Assembly: GCA_043228905.1 (NCBI GenBank)
Contig: JBHGNT010000005.1
Coordinates: forward strand, 21,762,001-21,826,000
Reading direction: 5' to 3'
DNA length: 64,000 nucleotides
From: Azolla caroliniana
Lineage: Eukaryota > Plantae > Polypodiophyta
Positions within the stretch are counted from its first letter, which is position 1. Every line of letters starts with the position of its first letter. The notes under the pieces were generated by a model, which saw nothing but the letters and a program-made list of their open reading frames with translations, searched no databases and was not told the origin of the DNA. Positions 1 through 12,600 of this stretch are shown here, one piece after another. Made by a program: the position numbers and the translations under genes.

Positions 1-685
1 GCAAGACTGCAATAATGACATAGTGAACATCATGTTTACGCATTGACCAAAGGATATCCATGGTAGTAGAAGATATGTTAATCAATCGACAAATATGTAA
101 AAGAATGCTTTATGAGGAAAGAAAATGAGGATACTTGTAATGTCTTGTGTATTTACAAAAATAGCCCTAAGTTTTCCGAAATACCAATGAGTTTTGAACT
201 ATAGAGGGTTATTTGTGTAAAAACCCAACGATGTAGGGGTATTCTAGTGACGGACTTGGGGGGATCATGAACTAGGGAGCATATTCTTCCATAGGAGATG
301 GCAAAATACTCCCAACATGATTTGGAAACAATTTGTCATGAATCGATTGATGGAGAGTTTGAAAACGAACAAAATCCTAGGTTTAATCAATGCAAACCAA
401 GACACCTCACAATATAGGGACAAGCTAACAAAATTGGGGCCACTCTACTATAGTAAGGGATATAAGCAACTTTGTATTGTTTTTTGGTCCCATTGGTGAT
501 ATTGGGGAAATACATTTGGTGAGTTTCGTTCAGTGACGTCTTTCGTTTTCGAAAAAAGGCAAATAAAAAATAGGCAGGCCCAAAAAGGCACAAAAAGGTC
601 ATTTTATAAAAAGGAAAAACTTATTGTCCCCCAAAGTTCACCATAAAGCTAGGAAAGACAAAAATGCTATCTCGATCATATTCCT

Positions 686-718
<33 letters not shown>

Positions 719-935
719 CTATTTCTCTCTCATGTTCCGAGCTTGAGATCCTCACAAGAATCGACTTTATTTTCCGAAATTGCAATATCATATCAATGTA
801 ACAACCTAACGGATTTATGGACAAAACTCAACTCTTTATCCATCATGGTGTCAAATCATGGTGCATTGATTAAGCATTGTAGTTATCGAGATAGTTCTTA
901 CATTTAAATTGACTCTATGGACACATATTTGATCC

Positions 936-972
<37 letters not shown>

Positions 973-3900
973 CACAATAGGCGTCAAACCTTGACATTGA
1001 CGCAAAACATTTCTTGCCTAATGAAAAGAAAACATGTGATTTTCAACATCTTACTATAGTGTGATTGTTTTAATGAGTGCCCCCAAACGAGAGAACCAGA
1101 GTGTAGAGAGCGTTAGCATTAACTCACTTGTCTGCACGGCGTATTGTCTAGTGTGCAACAATCGATTAGGGAGATGGGGGTGGGGGCATTTTGAATATTG
1201 TTGAGCCATCATCTAGGTGCATTAAAGAAGCGCATTTGTTGCTCTAATTGATGTGGTTTTCCTTTTCAAAAGAGATGTTAGGGAGTTCGTCGTAGGACTG
1301 ATTCCTCGTAAGAACTCGATAAAGGAACAAGCACATGGATAGCTTACGTCTTCTCGTCTCTTTGCTCTCGAAAGACCCAAAAAAAACACATGCATATCAT
1401 CTAAAAACTTTCGGATCTTGTGTGTCTCTTTTGATCTCTTTCTTCTTGTGCTTCTCAATGGATCTCTTTCTAATTAATTAATAAGAGAACGCAAAAAAGC
1501 AACGTATAATGAATGTTAAAAGGGCAACACGAAAGCAAATGAAAAATAATGAAGTGAAGGTTGAACGAAAGCGAAGTCTTCTTTTGCAAAAGCAAAAAAG
1601 CTTTTTGTGGGGATCGAAGGCATATAGAGATCTGTATCTAAAAATTCAGCGCAAAAAAGCAAGACACGATTCAATAGAGGGTTCTCTCTTCACTCAAAGG
1701 CAATATAATATCTTAAGATGTAATCCCTCTCGCTTGGTCGCATTGGCCCTTAGGGCCCTCTTAAAAGATGAGATTATATACCCACCTTCCTTTCTTTTAC
1801 TCGGAACAATCAAAGAATTATCCGAAAGAAGCATTAAACAAGAAAAAGCAAAAGCAAAAGCAAAAAGCAAACCTCGAAGAGAAAAGAAAACATTCCACGA
1901 AACAAAATAAAAAGCATCTTGCTTAGAATCCATGAAAAAATCAAAAGCAAAACCTGAATGCATTTCCCAGGCTTCTGATGTGGTATTATCTCCACTCTTG
2001 AGCTGGCAACCACAAGAAAAAAAGCATACTACTTGGTCCCTCTATACAATGCTTTTTTCGGGTACCTTACCTAAAGAGGTACAAATACATGGAAAAACAA
2101 CAGCTTAATCCTCTCTTTACAAAGTTTTTCTCCCCCAAATGGCCCAATTTTAACATCTAAACCCACATGAGAGAATGATGAAAGAATTGTGCTTCAATGT
2201 TTTAAAAAAAAAACACAAACATGGACATGAAAATGCCCAGCCAACGTAAAAAAACAGGGTATTAAAATCGCTGTACTCCAAAATGAAGAAGATATGGAGA
2301 TTGAGCTATATCTCATCTGAACCCCAAATCCATATTCAATACGATTCAATTGGATTCACTTTATTTCAGTTTCAATCTAATAACAGTCCGCAAATGAAAG
2401 AATCTATGAAATGATAAGAGAGCAGAATTTTGAAATGGGCTATTCAATTCAGGTCTCTTCCTTGTAGAATCAAAGTACCTACCCAAAAGAAAAGAGCACT
2501 TTCCTAGTATTAAAACCCAAGCAAAAAGCAAGTAAAAGCTGACCAGAAGCATGGTAAGCAAAAGCACTGTGTACAAAGAACGGGATCTTAAGCCTCTTTG
2601 CGGAAACGTTTTAAGTCCCCCGATCCTCTGTGCACCAAAAGTGTAATGATTCTGTGAACAATTTAGAAATGAGAAAAGAAGATACACAGATTCGATTCGA
2701 GTCTTCTTTTTGTCCAATGATTAAGGATGTACTCGAGAATAGAGAAACCAGGATTCAAACCATACATTATTTCGCATTAAAGATAATGACATTAGGTTAT
2801 AAAAACTTGCATGATGAGCATGCCACGTTATACCAGTGGAAATAATGAGCAATAATGAGAGTACATGGAAATAGTGAAAAGATTGGATGCTTTTAGAAAT
2901 TTCATTTTCAGATCTGCATTTCCCCTTGCAATCAGCCTACATATTGTTACACCATAATATCCACTCTTACTCGAGCATTCAATCTTTTCATGATATGCAT
3001 ACTACCACTTAACACTAGAGGAATATATTCTCAATAAAAAAGGTTATTTAATAGGGAAAGCCTGCATGAAACTTCACAGTTATCACATGCATAGTTCAAG
3101 CATTAGTACCTCGCCCGACATATTTACTATTCTGTAATTAGAATCATTCACCATTGAGAAATATTTTCAAATCCAATTAAATCTTAACATTACCATACAA
3201 ATGCTCACAGGCAGAAGCTAATCAATGCACACACAATTTGGAGATGTTCCACACCACCTTTAATATAAGACTCTTTTGCATAGATTCTGATTTAGAGCTA
3301 ATAAGGTACATAAAACTACTCAAAAGTTTTATACAACATTGAACAAAAACCATGAAATTAATGAGAGTTTTCAATTTAGAGGTTACAAAATGTGGTATTA
3401 CTTTATTAAAAAGCTCATGTATAATGCAAAGAAGGTTAAAAAAAACTGTATACAAAGGGCAAGAGGCAAATACTTAACAATTTGCCCACAAGGCCATTCT
3501 TTGAGTGCTTTCAAAGCACACTCTTTTGGACATAATTTTAAAAGGAAAGGTGACCCATCAATCCATCTTGGAGGAGAACCTTGATCATTATCCTCTTTCT
3601 TCTTATGCTTTACAATATCTTTTCTCTCATAAGGATATGAATGATCAACAATCTCCTTCCTTAAGATAGATCTACTCTACTCTACTCTACTCTCATTACA
3701 TCAAAAACCATTATTTGCTTTATTTTTCTATAGCCAGTTGCTTGAAACAAACAAAATTCCTCGTCTGAATCCGTTATTCTCGCTTCAGATGCATCAACAA
3801 CGAACTTGAGGAAATTTGCCCAACTATGCTAGGACCTCCAAAATCCTCTTCAGAGGATTAGTATAGATACAACCTCCAGATTGCTCCTCAAAGATTAGTA

Positions 3901-4418
3901 TAAATTGGCATCAAAGAGAAGAATCTAAGATAACTGTGTGTAAGTCAAAGACATTGTCCATCCTCTTTTTGGGTTGGGAAACATAATAATGCATTGTCCC
4001 ATCACAATCATCCTTTGTATAGGGAACGACAGTTACAGACGAATGGGCATGACTGCTGTCCATGTGCATCCTTTTTGCATAGGGAAAGATGGGCTTTGGA
4101 AGGATTAACATGGCTCTGAGTTCATCCTTCATCATCCTTGCATACTCCTGGAAAGGATTAACATGACCAACATCCATTTTTCCATCATGTTTGACGCATG
4201 GAACAAGACTACTTTTGTTCTTGTCTTGCTTAACAAGACTCAGTTGACATCATAGTTCCCATCCATGAGTATAAGGGGAGACAAATTAGGGGAAATAAAT
4301 TGTGTACATGTTTTGTAGATGTTTATAGATAGATAAATAGAAGAGAAATAGACGAGAAATAGAGAGAGAGAGAGAGAGAGAGAGAGTGAGTAAGGCTAAG
4401 TACTTACTTCATTATTTC

Positions 4419-5414
4419 TTACTGGCTTTTCCAAGCATAAAGCAAGAGGGAGAATCCAGAGCTTTCTATGCATTCTTCTTTAATGGAAGAAGAGGAAGAG
4501 ACATGATTCCATTGAAAGAGAGAGGATGTAGAAGCCAAGCTAGACCAAGACTTGTCTGGAGCCATACTTGTTTGAAACATAAAGACTGCATGCCCATCAG
4601 ATGGGCTAAACAGCCAGTTATGGACATCCCAAAACAGCTCTACAGGCAGCCCATCCACTAAAATGGTCTGATTTCCTCTAAATTTCCACATTAGCCTCTT
4701 CACAATAACCACAATTTGCTTGTCTACCCTCACACACAGCTTCGGTTCTCTCCCTCTCGAACTACATTCGATCAGTATGTCATGTGTTCTTCCATTCTCC
4801 ACAAACTGAGCTCTGGTAGAGTAAACTTTCTTCCCGAATATGTGCTCTCTTCTAGAAACTATACATGTTTCTGTAGATATGGCCTTGCTCTGAGCTAAGG
4901 CCAGAGCTTCTGATACCATATCTCCTAATAACAGCACAACCTCATGCTCAAAAACGATGGCAAAGAAGAATCCTTCTGTGGGTTCAGGCCCAGAAGGCGA
5001 ATATTTTGCATTGGACAGGTCCCAAATCACATTCAGTGGAGAGCTGAAACCATTTAGCTCTAAGATTTTGTTACCTGTTTTCTTCCGGAGTAGCCATGGC
5101 TTCAGAGGAGCAGAAGGGGAAGAAACTGTTGGTGTTGTGGTAGTGGTAGCGGATAAAGAAGAAGGTCTCGATCTGCTTCCATCTTCGTCTTTCTCTTCTC
5201 CAAGATTAGCTTCTGTGTGGAGAGAAATTGAGAGACCAATTAAGGTTTTGCACCATGTGACGGTGACCAGGGAAGATGTAGCCATGGCTCCTAATCTGAG
5301 GCGATATAGACAAGTGACCACATTCTCTATGGCTCTCGGAGATGATCCACAGGCCAAAGAGTCTGCTACTTGCACTCCATATTCACTGAAACAGACAAAT
5401 GGAAGGTCCAACAT
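4419..5414 (-). CDS. DUF868-family plant protein, intronless, ~331 aa
   Basis: The first ATG in the ORF-track frame 4419..5516 is at 5414 and gives MLDLPFVCFSEYGVQVADS...VTCLY...VTVTWCKTLIG...KPWLLRKKTG...WDLSNAKY..GPEP.EGFF..VLLLGDM...SRREHIFGKKVYSTRAQF...VKRLMWKFRGNQTILVDGLPVELFWDVHNWLF...GFSLLLYAWKS. These are the characteristic DUF868 motifs from N- to C-terminus. Confidence 0.92.
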   Translation of the reverse strand: MLDLPFVCFSEYGVQVADSLACGSSPRAIENVVTCLYRLRLGAMATSSLVTVTWCKTLIGLSISLHTEANLGEEKDEDGSRSRPSSLSATTTTTPTVSSPSAPLKPWLLRKKTGNKILELNGFSSPLNVIWDLSNAKYSPSGPEPTEGFFFAIVFEHEVVLLLGDMVSEALALAQSKAISTETCIVSRREHIFGKKVYSTRAQFVENGRTHDILIECSSRGREPKLCVRVDKQIVVIVKRLMWKFRGNQTILVDGLPVELFWDVHNWLFSPSDGHAVFMFQTSMAPDKSWSSLASTSSLFQWNHVSSSSSIKEECIESSGFSLLLYAWKSQ

Positions 5415-5708
5415 ATCTCTCCCTCCACTTCCTTCTTCTCTGTTTCTCTGATTCTCTGATTCTTTGCTTCCTTCTTTCTCCCCCTTATATAGAGAAAAAA
5501 AAACGCAATGGAGCACAGAAATGGATCTGCAGACACCCTAAATTTTAGGAAGAAAAAGATATTTGAGTCTCCTTCAGAGCCCTAAATTTTTGCAGCAGGA
5601 GAAATCGGTTCACTTCCAGAACCCTAGTTCTTTCGAGAAGATGAATATAGGTTGTATTTGGAAACCCTGGTGTTTTTTGGGGAATCAGAGAAATGGGCGG
5701 AATCTAGA

Positions 5709-6634
5709 AAACCCTAAATGTTGAGACAAGAAATTGTTTTAAGAAGAGAAATGGGTTCAGCTTCCAAAACCCTAACCCTTGCAAAAACCAGAAATTGGGT
5801 CCCTTTCAGAAACTCTTAATTTCTAAAACAAAAAAAGAAAAGACATATTGTTTCCTGCAATAAATAAATAAATAAATGAAAACCCTAATCTTTGCCAAAA
5901 CTGAATTATGCAGAAAGGCTAAAAAGTCTTGTAAAAAAAAAAACAATTAGAAATCAAAGCAACCCTAAATTTATGAAAAAGAGAAGAAAATGGGGGATTC
6001 CCATGATAAAAACCCTAAAAAAAAGAGAGAGAGAGGAAGTTTTGGGGAGGTGAGAGAACGCGAGTTTGTGTAATGCAGGGAACTCTAAATCTGGTAGGGG
6101 ATCAGAACCAAAGGAAGATGGGGAGAAAGAAATAAGGATGGGGGGTATACAAGAGCACACTTCTAAAAGAAGAAACAGAGACAGAATTGGAAGTGTTTTC
6201 AAGAGAGATTTGATTGATTTGATAAGATGAGAGATGGGCTAGAAATATTGATGCTATGGTGAGGGATAAGCAGAAACCCTAAATGCAGAGAAGAGAAAGT
6301 GAGGAATGGAGGAGGGGGTTTTGAGATATATACATAAATTCATAGAGATTAAGACAATGGTGAGAAGATGAGTGGGAGCAGAATCATAATCTCTGAGAGA
6401 GAGAGGCAGAGGCAGAGGCAGAGACAGAGGAAGTGGGGAATGAGCTTTCTGTGAAGAGCCCAAGAAGAAAGCTTTAAAAAAACCAGGAAATTGAGAGAGA
6501 GAGAGAGTAGAGGAAGAAAGAAAAGAAAGAAAAGCCTTAAAGAAGGGGGTGGGGAGAGGTCTTTTTTTCTTCTCTTCTCTCTTTTTTGTTTACTAAATTT
6601 GGGTGGACTCTCTATGTGTGGGGGAAAACCCTAA
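5709..6634 (+). promoter_or_regulatory. Cluster of telo-box motifs (AAACCCTAA) upstream of the DUF868 CDS
   Basis: Exact AAACCCTAA at about 5709, 5767, 5880, 6010, 6274 and 6626, plus near-matches, within a GA/CT-rich leader region. Function is inferred only. Confidence 0.5.
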
Positions 6635-6788
6635 AAAAAGAAATGCAGAGATGGCTACTTTATTGACACACAAGGAAGGGGAGATGGACACACAGAGAGA
6701 GAGAGAGAGAAGAGAGAGAATGTGTGCTTATCTATGGTGATCTCTGTGAGAGAGAGAGAGAGAGAGTCTATATGTTGGCCATGGCTAC

Positions 6789-7110
6789 CTAAGTGTGGTG
6801 ATAACCCTAGCTAAGTGTGGTTATAACCCTAGCTAAATGTGGTGATAACCCTAGCTAAGTCTGGTGGTAACCCTAGCAAAGTGTGGTTATAACCCAGGCA
6901 CCAAAGTTATCTACAATTTGCAAGAGTTATGTGGTGGGTGCTGGCTAGCTAAGCTAAGCTAAGCTAAAGTGTGGTGTGATAGCCCTAAGTTATCTACAAA
7001 TTGCAAAAGTATGTGTGCTACAAACAAAAAATAGCTAAAGTTGTCTTGCAATCTTGCAGATAGTATGTGTGCTTTGGCTAGCTAAGTGTGGCGATAACCC
7101 AAGTTTATCT
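6789..7110. repeat. 22-bp minisatellite (CTAAGTGTGGTGATAACCCTAG x5) followed by degenerate longer units
   Basis: Units start at 6789, 6811, 6833, 6855 and 6877. Downstream units reuse AAGTGTGG..ATAACCC and TTATCTACAA up to about 7110. Confidence 0.9.
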
Positions 7111-7126
7111 ACAATTTTACAGTGTC

Positions 7127-7159
<33 letters not shown>

Positions 7160-10100
7160 CGAATTGGGCATTTCTGATGATTTTGGGTTGTGTGCCCGAA
7201 AGAGAAGCACAATGACGATACACAGAGTGACTCTCGGGGGTCTTCGGCAACCTACTTGCTTGCTTGCCTACATCTGCGTCTGCGTGCTCTTAATCCTATG
7301 CATTCATCATAGATTAAAAGCCATGAACCCGATCCCATTGCAACATGGGCTTCGAAAATGGGTATCATCGACATGGAAAAGCTCCCTCGTGGTCACTCGC
7401 TCACGTTTGCGTCTATCTGTTTATCTGCAATTGAATAGTAATAATTGGGGTCACCATACAAGGGTGATCGATTTGTTAAGCTCGTGTCTATATCTTCAAT
7501 TGAGTAGTAACTAGGAGTATACTAAGGTTATCTATGAAACGGGCGGGTTATATAGTATGCTTCGGAAAATGGATGGTTGTCCACACCTCCGGAAATGACC
7601 ATTGACACTACAAGGGAATGAGAAAGGAAAATATGAGTAATCAATGAGACATGGAGGATAGTGTCATTAGACTAATACACTAGATAGAATCTTTACGACA
7701 TGCCTATCCAACAACGCATGTGCAAGCGTGCACACTCACACGCACCGACTACAGATACATATATATACACGTAATCAATATAAATACATAGTCTAAAGTA
7801 TATACAATATCATAGTTAACAAATTTATATATAATATCTAAAGGCTAGCTAGCCCCTTGGCTCCCCCCCCCCTCCTTTCGAGATTAAACGTAAAGTTTAA
7901 CGCTTGTGGGTCTTTACAAATCTAAAGAGAGAATTGAATAAGTAAACTTTAAAGGCCACTTATGAAGCGAGAATATAATATGTTTCCTAAAACTAGAAAC
8001 ATGATATGTGACAACCTCTAGTTATGCGCATCGGAAAGAATCGAGAATGAGCTTTAGTATGCGTTCATCCGTTTACTTTATATCACGAATCGAACTCATG
8101 ATTCAAAGTGCATGGAATCATTATTAAGGATTGCGATGGAGAAACTCTTAATGTTGAGCTAAAGGAGTGAATTTGTGGCCCGAGCATTTTTAGTAGATGT
8201 CCAATCAAGTGTACCAATCAATACACAAACATATAATAGGGATGCTTGTTTATAGGAAAATATTTTGCATCTAGCGAATTTTAAACAATTGATAAAAAAT
8301 TGTGTGCAATGTTAATGGACATGCAAGACAAAATTCTATTGCACCACCAATACAATCGGCAAACTTTAAAATCCCAATGTTGGTGCCAATAGATTTGTAA
8401 GGAGTTAGGACCACTTTTAACGCTAACTTCATGCATTACTAGACTTACAATCTTGGTAAAATGGAAATGTTTCAATGGAATTGCCAATTTTTGTGATTCA
8501 TTTGATCGATGGCACACCATCTCAAGAGAGAAAGAAAAGAAACTCCTTCTTATGACCAAAATAAGGGTACTTAACATAGACTAGGAATGTGTAAAACACA
8601 CTCAAGTTGCAAGTTCTTGCATGTTATGTGCATTACAAATGGAAGTTACATTCATGGTACATGCAAACATACATTCCGAAATTTCTCAAAACCTTGGTTT
8701 CAACTGTGTAGATCGTGATTGTTGGTGAATCAATGTTCAAGGTTTGATTGTTCAACAACACCTTTCTTTTTAGGAACACCATATACATCGACAAACACCC
8801 ACCCATACATCCTAGCACATGGAAGGGGTCATGGATTGGCAAAAGTTACCAAATCTTGCCTCTTTGGTGCATTATCAAATTGTAACACTCAATATATTCA
8901 TAAGTTATAACCATATTGCTTTTATTACGGTATGTTTATAAACTTACGTCATTTTGTATTCTAGACACCTTCACTTTTTGTGGTTTTCTAGTCGTCTTGT
9001 TTGATTACACAACTTTGTAAAGAGTGAAAGAATTGTGTGGGGTCACCTTCACAGTACAAAGTATTGCCAAAGGAGCATATAATCTAGGGAAGGAGCAATA
9101 CATACATAGTTATCTTCTATTATCCATGTGGTGCATTGTTGGCCTTCGAGAATGCTTGCAAAAAAGGACTATAATGGAGTTTATGTAAATGCTTGAAACC
9201 TCATTTTCATTTGCATGGATTGCCACATGGGGAGGGGAGTGTATTTTGTGGTTTGGCTAGTTGATGGCATTCCCTCTCTAAAGAAAAGCAACCAAAATTG
9301 GTGGCCACAAATAAATAGCACACAGACTATGGGAGAAGGTAGGCACACCTAATTGGAAAGCCTTACCCGTTTTCTGTGTTATTAGACTTTACACTTTAAT
9401 GTACAAGTAGGTTGTCACTCAAGGTTCCTCATTTTTGTGAGTCTAATCAGATATATGCTTACCAAGACAAAAGTGGGCATCCTATCGTATACGCCATATT
9501 GACTTGTGACAAGTGTTGTGCTTGCAAAGTGGGGAGAGAGGGGGGGACCTAGTTGTAAACTTTGTCTCCTTGGTGCATTACCAGACATAGAGCACTTACT
9601 GAAAATGCTTTTAAAGTGGAGATAGTTTAGATGGAAACCGTTGAAACTTAGATGGGAAATTATATACCCAAGTTCTTTAAATTTTAAAGGGTCTAAAACA
9701 AATTATTTATACTAATAGTAATAATAATACAATCGTGCTTTCGACACCTGATTGATATTGTATCAAATTACCTGTTAAAATACAAAACATGCTTTGCTCT
9801 TCAATAAAAAAATCGAACAATGAATATTTCGTGTTTGCTCCCTTCGTCGGATATCTTATGTTGGCCCTCTTACTCGAAGGTCAAAGGGAAAATCTACTTG
9901 ATTATAAAATGTGATGACATCCTTGTGAATAAAAGGCCGAAGGCAATTAGAAATGCTACTTCTACATGTATGCAAATGATTATACTTGAGGATGACAATT
10001 ATGTTGTTTCAATGGAACTACATGTCATTATCAACAAGAAGAGGTATAACATCCAATACTTTTATCAATGCTAAAATTTTGAATTCGTATGATTTTTGTC

Positions 10101-12538
10101 AATGCTCAAGGTAGATGTGTAAAAGGGTACAATCCTTGCATTATGATTTATCCATCCAAGGAGATATTCCTTTTTGGATTTGCCCTACCTAAGCTTTACT
10201 CATTCATAGCAAAAACTAGGTAATCCAAGACAAGCAATTGAACATGATAGCATTCTATATTTCACATGTGGGCGGTTAAACTAGGCTCATGTGAAGTGAA
10301 ATAGGACTAGAATCCATTATTATGGCACTGAGATAAGCTAAATTAGCCTTTCAAACTTTATAAAATCTTCTAATTAATGAAGTATCCCAAAGAGCACGAT
10401 CTTGTCATAAAAATAAACCTAAACAAATCTTAATGAGCACAAAGTTGACTTAATAGCCTTCATTTTGGGCGTAATACAAGAACTATCGTTGAATGTTTTA
10501 GAGATATCAAAATATATGACACGGGAGTGTTTAAAACTCCTAGAGAATCATGATACAAAGATACAAATTAACCCTAAAACTTGTATAAATTTAGTTGATT
10601 ATGCAATTATTGGGAGGACAAGAGGGCACATTGTTTATGAGGAAAGGAGGAAAGAGTTGTGTGAAGAGTTCGAGAAAGTAAAATGAAAAAAAAGCCGTAA
10701 AGATGGCATGGATGGTTGGTTTGTCTTCTTTTTCAGTGTAGGAGGAGGAAACATCGGAGAGATAAATATCGAAGAAAACACACACACACACACACACACA
10801 CAAAAAGTTGCGTTGTTTTTAAGAAAAAAACATAAATGTGAATCATCTCCCCCTTTCTCTCAATATCTTATGTTTGTTTCATTTGTGGAAAGGTAAAAGA
10901 GACACTATGTGTTAGCTATATGGAAGAAATCTCTCTGTCTCTTATCTCTCTCTCTAATGTTTTGATGCCTTTTTTTTGCCCCATTTCGGATCTTAGATTG
11001 TGCATCCCTCCGTATGTTCAACATGTAACAGACCACATGGCTAGATGAATGACACATGCCAAGTTTTTATAGTATTGAGATAATGTCAAGGCACATGCTC
11101 ACATAACCAATTTATCTTTATTGTTTCAGACGATTCCAACCGTCTTTCAATGCTTTGTAGGAAAAGCAATAAAACACTTTTTCCCACTGATAATCTATCT
11201 CATGACATTTTTCCATGTTCAAATATGAAGTGCCGACACATGTAATATCCACACTTTTATGAGAATAATGCTGCATTATACAATGCTAACGCAACCAACA
11301 AAAATACCAGCAATCACGTGACTCTACTTAGTTATCAAAGCTTCATTAAACAAGCAAGAAAGCGTCATACTTGTATTTGGTAAGATGAACCATGAAGTTG
11401 CATTCAAACACCTCCTTGGGTGTGTAGTGTCCATAAGGTTACGGACATAAATACCAAATAAGATGTTAGGATGTCCTCGATAGTACCATATCGTGTATTA
11501 AAGCTAAACACAACACATGGTTGTCCATTATGCCATGATCATTAATACTTCCATGCATAAACATACATTAAACAAAGATTGGTCATAAGGTCATCAAAGA
11601 CTTCATCACACTACGGAAACTTTTGTTTGAGAGGAAACCTATTTGGTTTATCATTGGAAGTCAATGGATAGTGGCCATTGTAAGTTGATGGCAAATCCCA
11701 AATTCATACTTTGTTGGACACAATTAGTAGTCACATGCCACCAAGACACTAAAGTGGTCATTCTAACAAGGGAAGTTTTTGTCTTCTATAAAACAATTTT
11801 CATAAATTTTATTCACCTCATTAGGAAGTTTAGATATGCTTTCAAACAATGAAATCTCCCTCACTCTAGAATCGGATTCTTAGAATCACATGGCAAGCAA
11901 GCGAAAAGATTCAAATGACACAAGCAAGTAAAAATTTGTGTTCTAGATCAGTGCCAAGCTATGAAGAAATAGCTTGGAAAATGGGATGAATTATATTTGC
12001 TTCATGATACATCAATAAATTCCTTTGTAAACAAGGTTTTTTTGTTATGCCAATGTATCACATTGAGTGAAAGATGTGCAAGCCCACATTTCACACATTA
12101 TATTACATATGTTACACAAAACTATAAAACCATCTCTGTCTCTAAATAGGAAACCACCTTCACCAATTTACATTAGAGCCCATTGCTTTATCAGCCATTT
12201 CCACGCCATTTCTTCCATTTACTTAGTTTATATTCTCTTAAGTGTGAGATCCATTATGGGGAATAATCGAGGAGACTCGTCTACCTTTCATATTTGCCTT
12301 GAGCGAGTTCATGAATTTGACTAACGAACTTTAATACAACATTTTGCCTTTGATCATGTTGTCAATGTGGTTGACTCCTTACACACGTTCCTCCCACAAT
12401 CACAATGTGCATTCTCAATTGCAATGTTTAGTAGTAAAATTCTTGAAAATTGAGACTCACAATTCAGTTCCATGCATATTATGAGAAATTGTTCCCATTT
12501 TGGTCTTGTAGATCATCTTTACCTCCAACGACAATAAT

Positions 12539-12541
<3 letters not shown>

Positions 12542-12596
<55 letters not shown>
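12542..12596. repeat. (CT)n/(GA)n microsatellite abutting the 3' end of a minus-strand LINE
   Basis: Perfect dinucleotide tract read directly from the sequence. Confidence 0.95.

Positions 12597-12600
<4 letters not shown>

Noticed and set aside
4957-5451. 164-aa antisense ORF over DUF868, and similar antisense or alternate-frame ORFs over the copia polyproteins at 61-64 kb
   Set aside because: These are shadow ORFs caused by the codon structure and GC content of the real reading frame, with no independent motifs.
5415-5516. N-terminal extension of DUF868 in the ORF track
   Set aside because: It begins at a non-ATG codon in low-complexity leader sequence. The family N-terminus starts at the ATG at 5414.
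6789-6898. Regular 22-bp repeats as a CRISPR-like array
   Set aside because: The units are directly head-to-tail with no unique spacers, there are no cas genes, and the context is eukaryotic.
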